DNA of 64,000 nt from Phenylobacterium sp. (GTDB lineage Bacteria; Pseudomonadota; Alphaproteobacteria; Caulobacterales; Caulobacteraceae), in contig NZ_JAUXXE010000042.1 of NCBI RefSeq assembly GCF_030681155.1, positions 19,638 through 83,637 on the forward strand, in the 5' to 3' direction. The notes under the pieces are model-generated. The model did no database searches. It was not told the origin of the DNA and saw only the letters and a list, made by a program, of their open reading frames with translations. The position numbers and the translations under genes were made by a program. Numbering within the stretch: position 1 is the first letter of the stretch; every line of letters starts with the position of its first letter. Positions 15,432-24,153 of the stretch are shown here, one piece after another.

Positions 15432-16178
15432 TTACAGCCCGGCCCGGAACACCCAGTGCGGCCAGACCTGCTCTGAGTGCAGGCGGCGCTCCATGACCAG
15501 TTGCTCGACGGCTTCGGTGGCGCCGATGCAGGAGGGCGCATCGGCGTCGTCGTAGACGACGTAGCCGCCCTTCGCCATGAACGGCCAGACCTCGTCCTGC
15601 GCGTACTTCACGCCGGAATAGATGTCGCAGTCGATGTGGGCGAGGGCGAAGCGAGGCTGCTTTTTGGCGATGACCGGGAAGGTGTCCTGGAACAGGCCCT
15701 TCACGATCTCCAGGTTCTTCAGCTTCAGCTTGTCGCGCCGCTTGGCCAGCGCCTCGTAGGAGGCCTCCGAGAAATCGCCCGCCCCATGCAGGTCCCGGGC
15801 GGCGTCAGTCGTCGGCATGCCGGCATAGGTGTCGCAGGCGTAGACCTTGGCCTTGGGATGGAGGGCCTTCATCAGATAGGCCATGAACAGGGCGTTGCCG
15901 CCGCGGAACGATCCGAACTCGATCACGTCGTGGCCGTCCAGGCGGTCGGCGAACATGGTCAGGATGAGGAACAGGTTCATCCGCTTGGCCTCGACCATGA
16001 CCGACCAGCCACCGCTGGCCTCCGCCGCGGCTTGGTAGAGCTTGTCGGCGGCGACCTGTTGGGCGAGGTCGGCATGCATCAGGCCCCAGCCTCGCTGGTA
16101 GCCGTCGCGGGCTGAGCGCCCGCCGATGATGGTGTCGGGGGTGCCGATGCGGGGGAGTTCGATGCGCGCCATGACCAT
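15432..16178 (-). CDS. TylF/MycF-like class I SAM-dependent methyltransferase
   Basis: It reads VIEFGSFRGGNALFMA...ALAHIDCDIYSGVKYAQDEVWPFMAKGGYVVYDD. GC3 is very high from the 16178 start onward. Confidence 0.75.
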   Translation of the reverse strand: MVMARIELPRIGTPDTIIGGRSARDGYQRGWGLMHADLAQQVAADKLYQAAAEASGGWSVMVEAKRMNLFLILTMFADRLDGHDVIEFGSFRGGNALFMAYLMKALHPKAKVYACDTYAGMPTTDAARDLHGAGDFSEASYEALAKRRDKLKLKNLEIVKGLFQDTFPVIAKKQPRFALAHIDCDIYSGVKYAQDEVWPFMAKGGYVVYDDADAPSCIGATEAVEQLVMERRLHSEQVWPHWVFRAGL

Positions 16179-16573
16179 GTTGCTATGGGCGCCCGCGATT
16201 CATGGCAATCGAAGTTCGGTGAACCAAGCTGGGCCGTAGCGGTCTTCGACATGCTGGAGCAGCGCTTGGCGCGCGACGCCCGTTTGAGGTCGTCGAGCCG
16301 CGCGAGCAGCCGGGCGCTGGCGGCCGGAGGCGGAGCTCCGAGCGAGGCTGGGAATAGGAAGGCTTGGGCGGTCTGGCCCTCACGCGGTTCGCGCTCGCGT
16401 TTGCTGGCTGAGACATAGGCCCGGTGGGTGAGGGCCAGTTCGGAGGCCAACTGACTACACGACAAGTTGCTGTAGTCGGGCGGCTGGGGCCCCAGCGCCG
16501 CCGTGGTGGTTGGTGTTGTCGCGCACGCCGTCAGCATGGCCGCGGCGGCGATCGGAAGGATCGCGCCTTTCAT
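16079..16573 (-). CDS. small lipoprotein; the 3' ~100 nt overlap the methyltransferase start and may be a non-native extension
   Basis: It has a lipobox MKGAILPIAAAAMLTAC and a GGAGG-like SD. The first ~100 codons look coding; the tail SWRASNSPASAPPTPSSAGAQPATATSEAGA is off-frame relative to the methyltransferase gene. Confidence 0.55.
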   Translation of the reverse strand: MKGAILPIAAAAMLTACATTPTTTAALGPQPPDYSNLSCSQLASELALTHRAYVSASKREREPREGQTAQAFLFPASLGAPPPAASARLLARLDDLKRASRAKRCSSMSKTATAQLGSPNFDCHESRAPIATWSWRASNSPASAPPTPSSAGAQPATATSEAGA

Positions 16574-16782
16574 TCCTGGAGCCCTCCCAAGGGGTCATTG
16601 TTGGAATGACTTTGGCACGTCCGTGGTAATTGTCTCGCGCGAACATCGCCCTGACGGACTTTGCCGCGGAGCCGCCCCGAGGATTGTCGTTTTCTTGGGC
16701 GCTGAACCCGCCTATATGACAGGTTGCTTCATTGCACCGCCCGGCCGAAAGGCCGGGCGCCGTCATTTTGGGGAAGACCGTC

Positions 16783-17451
16783 ATGACCGACATCCTGATG
16801 CCGAAGGCGACCGCCGTCTGGTTGGTCGACAACACCTCGCTGACCTTCGACCAGGTCGCGGACTTCTGCGGGCTGCATCCGCTGGAAGTTAAGGGCATCG
16901 CCGACGGCGAAGTGGCGCGCGACATTCGCGGCGCCGACCCGATCGCCAATGGCCAGCTGTCCCGCGAGGAACTGGACAAGGCGCAGGGCAATCCGAAGTA
17001 CCGCATGGTCGCCCAGAAGAGCCGCCACGCCGAGCTGCTGAAGCCGGTGAAGAAGGCTCCGCGCTACACCCCGGTGTCGCGTCGCCAGGACCGTCCGGAC
17101 GCCATCGCCTGGTTCATCCGCAACCACCCAGAGGTGGCCGACAGCCAGATCGCCCGCCTGCTGGGCACCACCAAGGCCACCATCGATCAGGTGCGCAATC
17201 GCGGCCACTGGAATTCGGCCAACATCAAGCCGGTCGATCCGGTGACGCTGGGCCTCTCGACCCAGATGGAACTTGATGCCGTGGTGAAGAAGGCTGCCGA
17301 GAAGAAGGCCAAGGACGACGCCAAGCGAGGCATCGTCGATGGTCCGACCTTGGAACCGGCGTCTGAAACCGGCGCGCCCTCGCCGCGGGCCGATGTCCAT
17401 GAGGCTGAGCAGCCCCACTACGACGACGAAGACGGCGACGACGAAGACTAG
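16783..17451 (+). CDS. DUF1013-domain protein (TrcR-like cell-cycle regulator family)
   Basis: From ATG 16783 it reads MTDILMPKATAVWLVDNTSLTFDQVADFCGLHPLEVKGIADGEVA..., with an acidic tail HYDDEDGDDED. Confidence 0.75.
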   Translation: MTDILMPKATAVWLVDNTSLTFDQVADFCGLHPLEVKGIADGEVARDIRGADPIANGQLSREELDKAQGNPKYRMVAQKSRHAELLKPVKKAPRYTPVSRRQDRPDAIAWFIRNHPEVADSQIARLLGTTKATIDQVRNRGHWNSANIKPVDPVTLGLSTQMELDAVVKKAAEKKAKDDAKRGIVDGPTLEPASETGAPSPRADVHEAEQPHYDDEDGDDED

Positions 17452-17463
17452 GGGATATCGACG

Positions 17464-17489
17464 CCAGGGAAGGGGTGTCCCTTCCCTGG
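17464..17489. terminator. perfect 11-bp hairpin between convergent genes
   Basis: It reads CCAGGGAAGGG-gtgt-CCCTTCCCTGG, 12 nt after the DUF1013 stop. There is no U-tract. Confidence 0.4.
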
Positions 17490-17596
17490 AATGAACGCTC
17501 AGGCGGCCCTGGTGACCGCCCCCGGGGACCAGGGAGACGGTCTAACAGGGTCGCCTGACGTCCGGCCCACCCCACGGACAAGGAAGAGCCTAGGCC

Positions 17597-17770
17597 CTAA
17601 TGCGCTCGCGCGCCGAGGGCCTCGATTTCTTCCTTGAGCTTGAGCTTTTGAAGCTTCATTTCCCTGAGCTTGATGGCGTCTGAGGCCGGCCTCTTCGTCT
17701 CCTCCTGGATCGCGGTTTCGAGTTTCTGATGGCGCGATCCAAGTTCACGGATACGGGCTTCAACGGCCAT
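17597..17770 (-). CDS. DUF465 (YdcH-like) small protein, 57 aa; not in the ORF track
   Basis: My own translation gives MAVEARIRELGSRHQKLETAIQEETKRPASDAIKLREMKLQKLKLKEEIEALGARAH. An AAGGAGA SD lies 9 nt upstream of ATG 17770. Confidence 0.75.
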   Translation of the reverse strand: MAVEARIRELGSRHQKLETAIQEETKRPASDAIKLREMKLQKLKLKEEIEALGARAH

Positions 17771-17900
17771 GACGTGTCATCTCCTTGTTGAACCAAACAC
17801 CAAGAGTGAACACCCGCTGGTCTGGCCTGTCAGATCACATATGTTTGCAGTCCGGCCTAGGTTGTCGGGACCTTGAAACCTGCGGTGGAGACCCAAGGGC

Positions 17901-18500
17901 ATGACCAAACCTGAGCGGCCACGCCTGGTGGTCGGCGTCTCCGGCGCGAGTGGCGTAACCTATGGCCTGCGGGTGTTGGACGCCTGTCGCGAGCTGTCTG
18001 TCGAAAGCCATTTGATCTTCTCCAAGGCCGCGGCGCTGACCCTGGCCCAGGAGACCTCGTTGTCGATCGCGCAGGCGCAAGCTCGCGCGGATGTGATCCA
18101 CAAGGTCGGCGATGTCGGCGCCTCGGTGGCGTCCGGATCGTTCCCGACCCTCGGCATGATCATCGCCCCTTGCTCTGTGCGGACCATGAGCGAGATCGCG
18201 ACGGGGGTGACGTCATCCCTGCTGACGAGGGCCGCCGACGTGACGCTCAAGGAGCGTCGGCCCCTGGTGCTGATGGTGCGCGAGACGCCCCTGCACCTGG
18301 GCCATCTGCGCACCATGGTTCGGCTGGCGGAGATGGGCGCGATCATCGCCCCGCCGCTGCCGGCCTTCTACGCCAAGCCTGCGACCCTCGACGAAATGGT
18401 CGATCAGGCCGTCGGGCGCGCCCTGGATCTGTTCGGCCTTTCCTGGCGGCCCGTAAAGCGGTGGGGCCAGGACGTCGGCCCGCTGACGGGGGACGCCTGA
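17901..18500 (+). CDS. ubiX: flavin prenyltransferase UbiX
   Basis: It reads RLVVGVSGASGVTYGLRVL...MIIAPCSVRTMSEIATGVTSSLLTRAADVTLKERRPLVLMVRETPLH. Confidence 0.9.
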   Translation: MTKPERPRLVVGVSGASGVTYGLRVLDACRELSVESHLIFSKAAALTLAQETSLSIAQAQARADVIHKVGDVGASVASGSFPTLGMIIAPCSVRTMSEIATGVTSSLLTRAADVTLKERRPLVLMVRETPLHLGHLRTMVRLAEMGAIIAPPLPAFYAKPATLDEMVDQAVGRALDLFGLSWRPVKRWGQDVGPLTGDA

Positions 18501-18501
18501 C

Positions 18502-18948
18502 ATGTCGCTTTGGGATTGGACGCTCGAAGCCTATGCGCGGCCCGGCGTGCCCGAGGCGTGCCTGGCCCTGCAGGATGAGCACGACTTGAACACCTCGTTT
18601 CTGCTCTGGGCCGTTTGGGCCGAGGGTGCGGACGCCGCGGTGCTCGCCCAGGCCGCCAACGCCGGCAAGGTTTGGGACAGCCGGGTGCTGAAGCCGGTCC
18701 GCGAGGTCCGCCGGACTCTGAAGTCGACCTTTCCCGCCGTCGATGACGGCGCGCGCGAAGGGCTGCGCGAGGACGTGAAGTCGGTGGAGCTGCGCGCAGA
18801 GCGGGTGCTTATGGAAACCTTCGAAAGCCTGACTGAAAACCGTCGAGGCGGGGTCCCGGCTCTGGCCGCGCTTCAGGCCGCTTCGCGCGCCTGGGGTATT
18901 CCGGCGCCGGATGAGGCTCTAGCTCGCCTGGCGAGCGCACTGAGCTAG
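18502..18948 (+). CDS. TIGR02444/DUF2390-like conserved hypothetical protein
   Basis: It reads LWDWTLEAYARPGVPEACLALQDEHDLNTSFLLWAVW and starts 1 nt after the ubiX stop. Confidence 0.6.
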   Translation: MSLWDWTLEAYARPGVPEACLALQDEHDLNTSFLLWAVWAEGADAAVLAQAANAGKVWDSRVLKPVREVRRTLKSTFPAVDDGAREGLREDVKSVELRAERVLMETFESLTENRRGGVPALAALQAASRAWGIPAPDEALARLASALS

Positions 18949-19037
18949 ACCGTGGCTGAGGGCGTGGCATTATCGGCGCGGGCGAGCTTGTTGTTTCGAG
19001 TTAGAGCCTTCTTTGAGGGCTTCAGGGCGGTATTGGT

Positions 19038-19256
19038 ATGAACGACGACGAGAGGGATGATCCCGAGGCAGCGCTTGGCCCACGGCTGCGCATCCTGATT
19101 CAGGAGCATTCGGATCTCGATGTCGCCGTCCAGGCCATTGCTGTCGCTCCAGTCCCGGACATGATGGTGATCGCCCGCCTGAAGCGTAAGAAGCTCTCCC
19201 TGAAGGACGAGATCGAGCGCTTGAAGGATCAGCAGACGCCCGACATCATCGCCTGA
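19038..19256 (+). CDS. DUF465 (YdcH-like) small protein
   Basis: The C-terminus reads ARLKRKKLSLKDEIERLKDQ, typical of DUF465. It is 72 aa. Confidence 0.7.
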   Translation: MNDDERDDPEAALGPRLRILIQEHSDLDVAVQAIAVAPVPDMMVIARLKRKKLSLKDEIERLKDQQTPDIIA

Positions 19257-19265
19257 AAGCGCAGG

Positions 19266-19994
19266 CTAGCGCGGCTCGAGGCCGCGCCTCTGGCGCTTGT
19301 GGCTGAACATGGCCGTGTCCGCCTCGGCGATCAGGGCTTCGGGGTCCATGTCGGTCGAGAGTTCGCACACCCCATAGGAGACGCTGAGTGGAGCGCTCCA
19401 CTCGCCGAACCGAACGGGCGAGTCTTCGATAGCTTGAGCCAGGCCGGCGGCCTTGGCCTCGGCCGTGGCCTGGTCGGCCTGGACCAGGATGACCGCGAAC
19501 TCGTCCCCGCCCATTCGGCCGACAATGTCGCTCTCGCGGACATTGGAGGTCAGGCGCTCGGACACGGCGTGAAGGCAGGCGTCGCCCGCCGCGTGGCCAT
19601 AGCGGTCGTTGACGCCCTTGAAGCCGTCCACGTCAAAATAGACCAGGCTGGCCGGAGCGTCGTAGCGCTGGGCGAAGGTGCGGGCGCGCGACAGCTCCCG
19701 CACAAAGGCGCGGCGGTTCAATAGCGGGGTGAGCGCGTCGCGGTCGGCCAGGCCCTCGACCTCGACCAGGCGTGCCTTCAGCCGTGAAACCTCCCCACGC
19801 AACTCGCCGATCTCGGTCAGCAGGGTCTGCATTGCGGCCTGAACGGCGGGTGTCAGGTCGGTTTCGCTGAGCCCCAGGAATGCGATCTGGTCAGCCGGCG
19901 CGGCGGCGTTGGACGTCGCAGGGCCCCCCGTCTGGACCGGATCGCGCTTGCGGATGGCGGAGAAGGATTCGGAACGGGCGCCGGTGATCTTCAT
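19266..19994 (-). CDS. GGDEF-domain diguanylate cyclase with N-terminal coiled coil
   Basis: It reads [22 protein letters not shown]...[18 protein letters not shown], with an RxxD I-site 5 residues before GGDEF. The likely start is ATG 19994 (MKITGAR); 20030 is TTG. Confidence 0.85.
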   Translation of the reverse strand: MKITGARSESFSAIRKRDPVQTGGPATSNAAAPADQIAFLGLSETDLTPAVQAAMQTLLTEIGELRGEVSRLKARLVEVEGLADRDALTPLLNRRAFVRELSRARTFAQRYDAPASLVYFDVDGFKGVNDRYGHAAGDACLHAVSERLTSNVRESDIVGRMGGDEFAVILVQADQATAEAKAAGLAQAIEDSPVRFGEWSAPLSVSYGVCELSTDMDPEALIAEADTAMFSHKRQRRGLEPR

Positions 19995-20116
19995 GCGGCC
20001 TTCTTTCCGATGGGAATCAGAGATTTCCAAGTCAGATCAGAATCCTGAACGTCCTTGGTTGCGGGCGCAAGGGCGGCGCCTATACTCCGCGCCTTTCCGC
20101 GAAGGGGCATGTCGGA

Positions 20117-20608
20117 ATGAGCGCAACAAAAGCGCAGGTCGCAATCATCATGGGCAGTCGGTCCGACTGGCCCACGATGAAGGCTGCGGCGGAAAGCCTA
20201 GACGCGCTCGGCGTGGCCTACGAGGCCAAGGTCGTTTCGGCCCACCGGACCCCTGATCGCATGTACGCCTTCGCCAAGGGCGCCAAGGCCGCGGGCTTCA
20301 AGGTGATCATCGCCGGCGCCGGCGGCGCCGCGCACCTGCCGGGCATGACGGCCTCGCTCACCGAACTGCCCGTGCTGGGCGTGCCGGTTGAGTCTCGAGC
20401 CCTGAAGGGCATGGACAGCCTGCTTTCGATCGTCCAGATGCCGGGTGGCATTCCGGTCGCCACCCTCGCCATCGGCGAGGCGGGCGCAAAGAACGCCGGC
20501 CTTCTAGCCGCCCAAATCCTGGCGCTCTCAGATGAGGCGCTGGGAGAACGTCTGGCGCAGTTCCGCGCCCGTCACACCGACAGCGTCGCCGAAACCGTCG
20601 AGGACTGA
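20117..20608 (+). CDS. purE: 5-(carboxyamino)imidazole ribonucleotide mutase
   Basis: It reads [26 protein letters not shown]...[11 protein letters not shown]...[14 protein letters not shown]. Confidence 0.95.
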   Translation: MSATKAQVAIIMGSRSDWPTMKAAAESLDALGVAYEAKVVSAHRTPDRMYAFAKGAKAAGFKVIIAGAGGAAHLPGMTASLTELPVLGVPVESRALKGMDSLLSIVQMPGGIPVATLAIGEAGAKNAGLLAAQILALSDEALGERLAQFRARHTDSVAETVED

Positions 20609-20617
20609 GAGACCACT

Positions 20618-21697
20618 ATGTCTAAACTGCCTCTGCCCCCCGGCTCCACGATCGGGATTCTCGGCGGCGGGCAGCTTGGCCGCATGCTGGCGCTGGCCGC
20701 CGGCCGGCTGGGCTTCGACGTGGCGATACTTGAGCCGGAGCCCGGCGCTCCCGCCACTCGCGTGGCCGCCCACACGGTGGTCGGCGCCTATGATGATCCC
20801 CAGGCCCTGGAGGCGCTATCCAAGCTCGCCTCGGTGGTCACCTTCGAATTCGAGAACGTCCCAGCCTCTTCGGTCGAGCACCTGACCGCGCTGGGCGTCG
20901 CCGTCGCGCCGGGCGCGCGCGCCTTGGCCATCGCCCAGGACCGGGTCGCGGAGAAGACCTTCCTGAACGAGGCCGGCGTCGCCACCGTGGCCTTCGCCGC
21001 CGCCGACACCGCCCAGGCGGCTCAGGACGCCATGGCGTCCCTGGGCGCGCCTGTGCTGATGAAGACGCGGCGCGAAGGTTATGACGGCAAGGGCCAGCGC
21101 TGGGTCGAGCATGCCGCCGACGCGCCGGCCGCCTTCAAGGCCGTGGGCGCCAAGCCGGTAATCCTGGAGGCGCCCGCCAACTTCGTGCGCGAGCTGTCGG
21201 TGATCGCCGCCCGCGGCCGCGGCGGTGAGATCGCGGTCTATCCGCTGGCCGAGAACCACCACGAGAAGGGTGTGCTTCGCCGCACCTACGCGCCCGCCAA
21301 GGTCACCGGCGAAACAGCCGACCAGGCTGAACGGATCGCCGCCAAGGTGCTCAGCGGCCTGGACTATGTCGGCGTCATCGGCATCGAGCTGTTCGAGTTG
21401 GCCGACGGGCGGCTGCTGGTCAACGAGATCGCGCCGCGCGTTCACAACACCGGGCACTGGACGATGGACGGCTGCGAGGTCGATCAGTTCGAGCAGCACA
21501 TCCGCGCGGTGGCCGGCTGGCCGCTGGGACCCACCCACGCCCATTCGCAGGTCGAGATGCTGAACCTGTTGGGCGAGGAAGCCGACGCCTGGGCCAAGCT
21601 GGCCGGCGAGCCGGAAACCCGCGTGCACCTCTACGGCAAGCGCGACGCCAAGCCGGGTCGCAAGATGGGCCACGTGAACCGCCTGCGGCCGCTGTAG
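20618..21697 (+). CDS. purK: 5-(carboxyamino)imidazole ribonucleotide synthase
   Basis: It has an ATP-grasp fold (IGILGGGQLGRMLALAA...YDGKGQ...VNEIAPRVHNTGHWT) and follows purE by 9 nt. Confidence 0.95.
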   Translation: MSKLPLPPGSTIGILGGGQLGRMLALAAGRLGFDVAILEPEPGAPATRVAAHTVVGAYDDPQALEALSKLASVVTFEFENVPASSVEHLTALGVAVAPGARALAIAQDRVAEKTFLNEAGVATVAFAAADTAQAAQDAMASLGAPVLMKTRREGYDGKGQRWVEHAADAPAAFKAVGAKPVILEAPANFVRELSVIAARGRGGEIAVYPLAENHHEKGVLRRTYAPAKVTGETADQAERIAAKVLSGLDYVGVIGIELFELADGRLLVNEIAPRVHNTGHWTMDGCEVDQFEQHIRAVAGWPLGPTHAHSQVEMLNLLGEEADAWAKLAGEPETRVHLYGKRDAKPGRKMGHVNRLRPL

Positions 21698-21710
21698 ATT
21701 TAAGAGATGA

Positions 21711-21835
21711 GATCCTCCCCCGTCGGGGGAGGTGGATCGCCGAAGGCGAGACGGAGGGGGCTGGCGGCCTCTTGAGAGTCCAAGTCCCCCTCAATCAGCC
21801 ATTCGGCTGACAGCTCCCCCAGAGGGGGAGCATCT
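21711..21835. repeat. REP/BIME-like element, family 1, copy 3 (same arrangement as copy 1)
   Basis: It reads GATCCTCCCCCgtcgGGGGGAGgtggaTCGCCgaagGCGAgacGGAGGGGG ... CCCCCTCaaTCAGCCattcGGCTGAcagCTCCCCCagagGGGGGAGCATC. Confidence 0.85.
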
Positions 21836-21843
21836 GGCCTGCA

Positions 21844-22713
21844 TTAGGCCTCGGCGGGAATGGCCGAGAGGGCTTCTTCCAGTTCCAGGAAGCTCGGTTG
21901 TGCGCCCGAGGGCACGCTGCCGCGGCCGATCTCGACCGAGATCTGGGCGGCGTTGCCGTGCAGGTGGGCGACCAGCACCGACTGGATGATCTTGTAGAAG
22001 GAGCCTTCCTCCTCGACCACGTCCTTCAGGCGCGTGGCCATCGGGCCGACCAGGCCATAGGCCAGGAACACGCCCAGGAAGGTGCCGACCAGGGCCGAGC
22101 CGATCATGCCGCCCAGGACTTCCGGCGGCTCGGTGATCGAGCCCATGGTCTTGATGACCCCGAGCACGGCGGCGACGATGCCCAGGGCGGGCAGGGCGTC
22201 GGCGAGGTTCTGCAGGGCGTGGGCCGGGGCCAGCACTTCGTGATGGTGCTTCTCCAGCTGGGTCTCCATGGCGTCCTCGACCTGATGGGGGTCTTCGAGG
22301 TTCATGGTCATCATCCGCAGCGTGTCGCAGATGAAGTCGATGGCGAAGTGATCCTTCATCACCCGCGGGAAGCGCGAGAAGATCGTGCTCTCCTTCGGGT
22401 TCTCGATGTGGCTTTCCAGGGCGATGACGCCCTTGGACTTCATGGTCTTGGTCAGCAGGAACAGCAGCGACAGCAGGTCGCGATAGTCCGACGGCTTCCA
22501 TTTCGGGCCGGCGAACACCTTGCCGAAGCCCGACAGCGTGCCCTTGATCACCGGCACCGAGTTGCCGATCAGGAAGGCCGCGACGCCGGCGCCGCCGATG
22601 GCCATCATCTCATGTGGCAAGGCGTGAAGGATCACGCCCAGGTTGCCGCCGGAGATCAAATAACTGCCAAACACCAGCGCGAAGAGCAGCACGATGCCGA
22701 TAATCTGAAACAT
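21844..22713 (-). CDS. motA: flagellar motor stator protein MotA
   Basis: It reads MFQIIGIVLLFALVFGSYLISGGNLG...ALPALGIVAAVLGVIKTM...GSALVGTFLGVFLAYG. No motB is adjacent. Confidence 0.9.
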   Translation of the reverse strand: MFQIIGIVLLFALVFGSYLISGGNLGVILHALPHEMMAIGGAGVAAFLIGNSVPVIKGTLSGFGKVFAGPKWKPSDYRDLLSLLFLLTKTMKSKGVIALESHIENPKESTIFSRFPRVMKDHFAIDFICDTLRMMTMNLEDPHQVEDAMETQLEKHHHEVLAPAHALQNLADALPALGIVAAVLGVIKTMGSITEPPEVLGGMIGSALVGTFLGVFLAYGLVGPMATRLKDVVEEEGSFYKIIQSVLVAHLHGNAAQISVEIGRGSVPSGAQPSFLELEEALSAIPAEA

Positions 22714-22827
22714 TTGAAAAGGCTGTCCCCGCGACGTCCAGACCCGACTATCGGCGATTAATGCTTAATTCCGCGTGTGCGTTTTCCGTGTTTGCACAAG
22801 GGGTCGGCGCGGACTAACAGCGAGGCC

Positions 22828-24153
22828 ATGCCCAAATCCGCCACAGCGCCGGAAGGCCTGCCCAAGAAGACCTTCGCCATTATCTTCGGCGTCTCCCTGG
22901 TGACCGCCATGGGCAATACCGGGATGATTTCGGTGCTGCCGGCCATCGGCCGGTCGATTGGCATTCCCGATCCGATGGTCGCGGCGATCTTCTCGCTTTC
23001 GGCCCTGCTGTGGGCGTTCTCCTCACCCTGGTGGGCGCGAGCCTCCGATCGCCACGGCCGCAAGCCGCTGATGCTGATCGGCCTCTCTGGCTTCATGTTC
23101 TCAATGATCGCCTGCGCCCTGGTGGTGATGGCTGGGCTGCATCACTTCGCCACCCCGATGATCATCTTCGTCTGCTTCCTGTTCGCCCGGGCGCTGTTTG
23201 GCCTGTTTGGTTCGGCCTCCAACCCGGCGACCCAGGCCTATGTGGCCGAGCACACGGCGCCGGAGCTGCGCACCCAGTCGATGTCGAGCCTGGCCGGCGC
23301 ATTCGGCCTAGGGACCGTCATCGGCCCGTTCCTGGCGCCCCTGTTCGTCCTGCCGTTCGTCGGCTTGGCCGGGCCCATGCTTGGGTTCGCGGTGATGGCG
23401 GGCGTGATGCTGTTGGTCGTCTGGAAGATGCTGCCCGAAAGCCAGCATATGCCGGTCGCGCCGGTGCGGGCCGAGATCGCCAAGGACGCCAAGGGCGGCG
23501 ATGCGACCAAGGAAAAGCCGATGTGGCGCGATCCGCGCGTCACGCCGTTCCTGATCTACGGCTTCATCGTCGCGGTATGCCAGACCGCCCAGGCCCAGAC
23601 GCTCGGCTTCCTGATCATCGACAAGCTCGGCCTCGATCCAATGAAGGCCCAGGGCTACATCGCCATCGCCATGATGTTCGGCGCCATGGCCGGCCTGCTG
23701 GCCCAGTGGGGCATCATCCGGATGTTCGAGATGACTCCGCGCCAACTGCTGCGCTGGGGCGTGGGCGTGGCGGCGGTGGGCAATGTCATTGTCGCCCTGC
23801 AGCCGACCTATGCGGCGGTGGTCGCGGGCTTTGCGATCTCCAGCCTGGGCTTCGGCCTGGCGCGCCCGGGCTTCACGGCTGGCGCATCCTTGGCCGTGGA
23901 CATGCACGAGCAGGCCCGCGTGGCCGGCGCCATCGCCGCGGTCAACGGCGTCAACGTGGTGCTCGCGCCGTTCTTCGTCTGGCTCTATGAGCGCATCGCG
24001 CCCGCGCCGTTTGTGCTGTGCGGGCTGCTGATGGTCGCCATGCTGTTCTACGCCTTCCGCAACGCCCAACTGCGCAACGCCGACCCGCTGCCGGCCACAC
24101 GCGCCGACGCGGCCATGGCGACGCTGGAGAAGAGCGACGAGGGCGGTCTGTAA
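22828..24153 (+). CDS. MFS transporter
   Basis: From ATG 22828 it reads MPKSATAPEGLPKKTFAIIFGVSLVTAMGNTG... and includes SDRHGRKPLMLIGL (MFS motif A-like), with about 12 TM segments. Confidence 0.85.
   Translation: MPKSATAPEGLPKKTFAIIFGVSLVTAMGNTGMISVLPAIGRSIGIPDPMVAAIFSLSALLWAFSSPWWARASDRHGRKPLMLIGLSGFMFSMIACALVVMAGLHHFATPMIIFVCFLFARALFGLFGSASNPATQAYVAEHTAPELRTQSMSSLAGAFGLGTVIGPFLAPLFVLPFVGLAGPMLGFAVMAGVMLLVVWKMLPESQHMPVAPVRAEIAKDAKGGDATKEKPMWRDPRVTPFLIYGFIVAVCQTAQAQTLGFLIIDKLGLDPMKAQGYIAIAMMFGAMAGLLAQWGIIRMFEMTPRQLLRWGVGVAAVGNVIVALQPTYAAVVAGFAISSLGFGLARPGFTAGASLAVDMHEQARVAGAIAAVNGVNVVLAPFFVWLYERIAPAPFVLCGLLMVAMLFYAFRNAQLRNADPLPATRADAAMATLEKSDEGGL

Noticed and set aside
16609-16628. A sigma-54-like promoter, TTGGCACG-tccg-TGGTA, upstream of the DUF1013 gene.
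   Set aside because: The -24 element matches, but the -12 element is TGGT instead of TTGC (the GC dinucleotide is lost). That is too weak to call without a matrix score.
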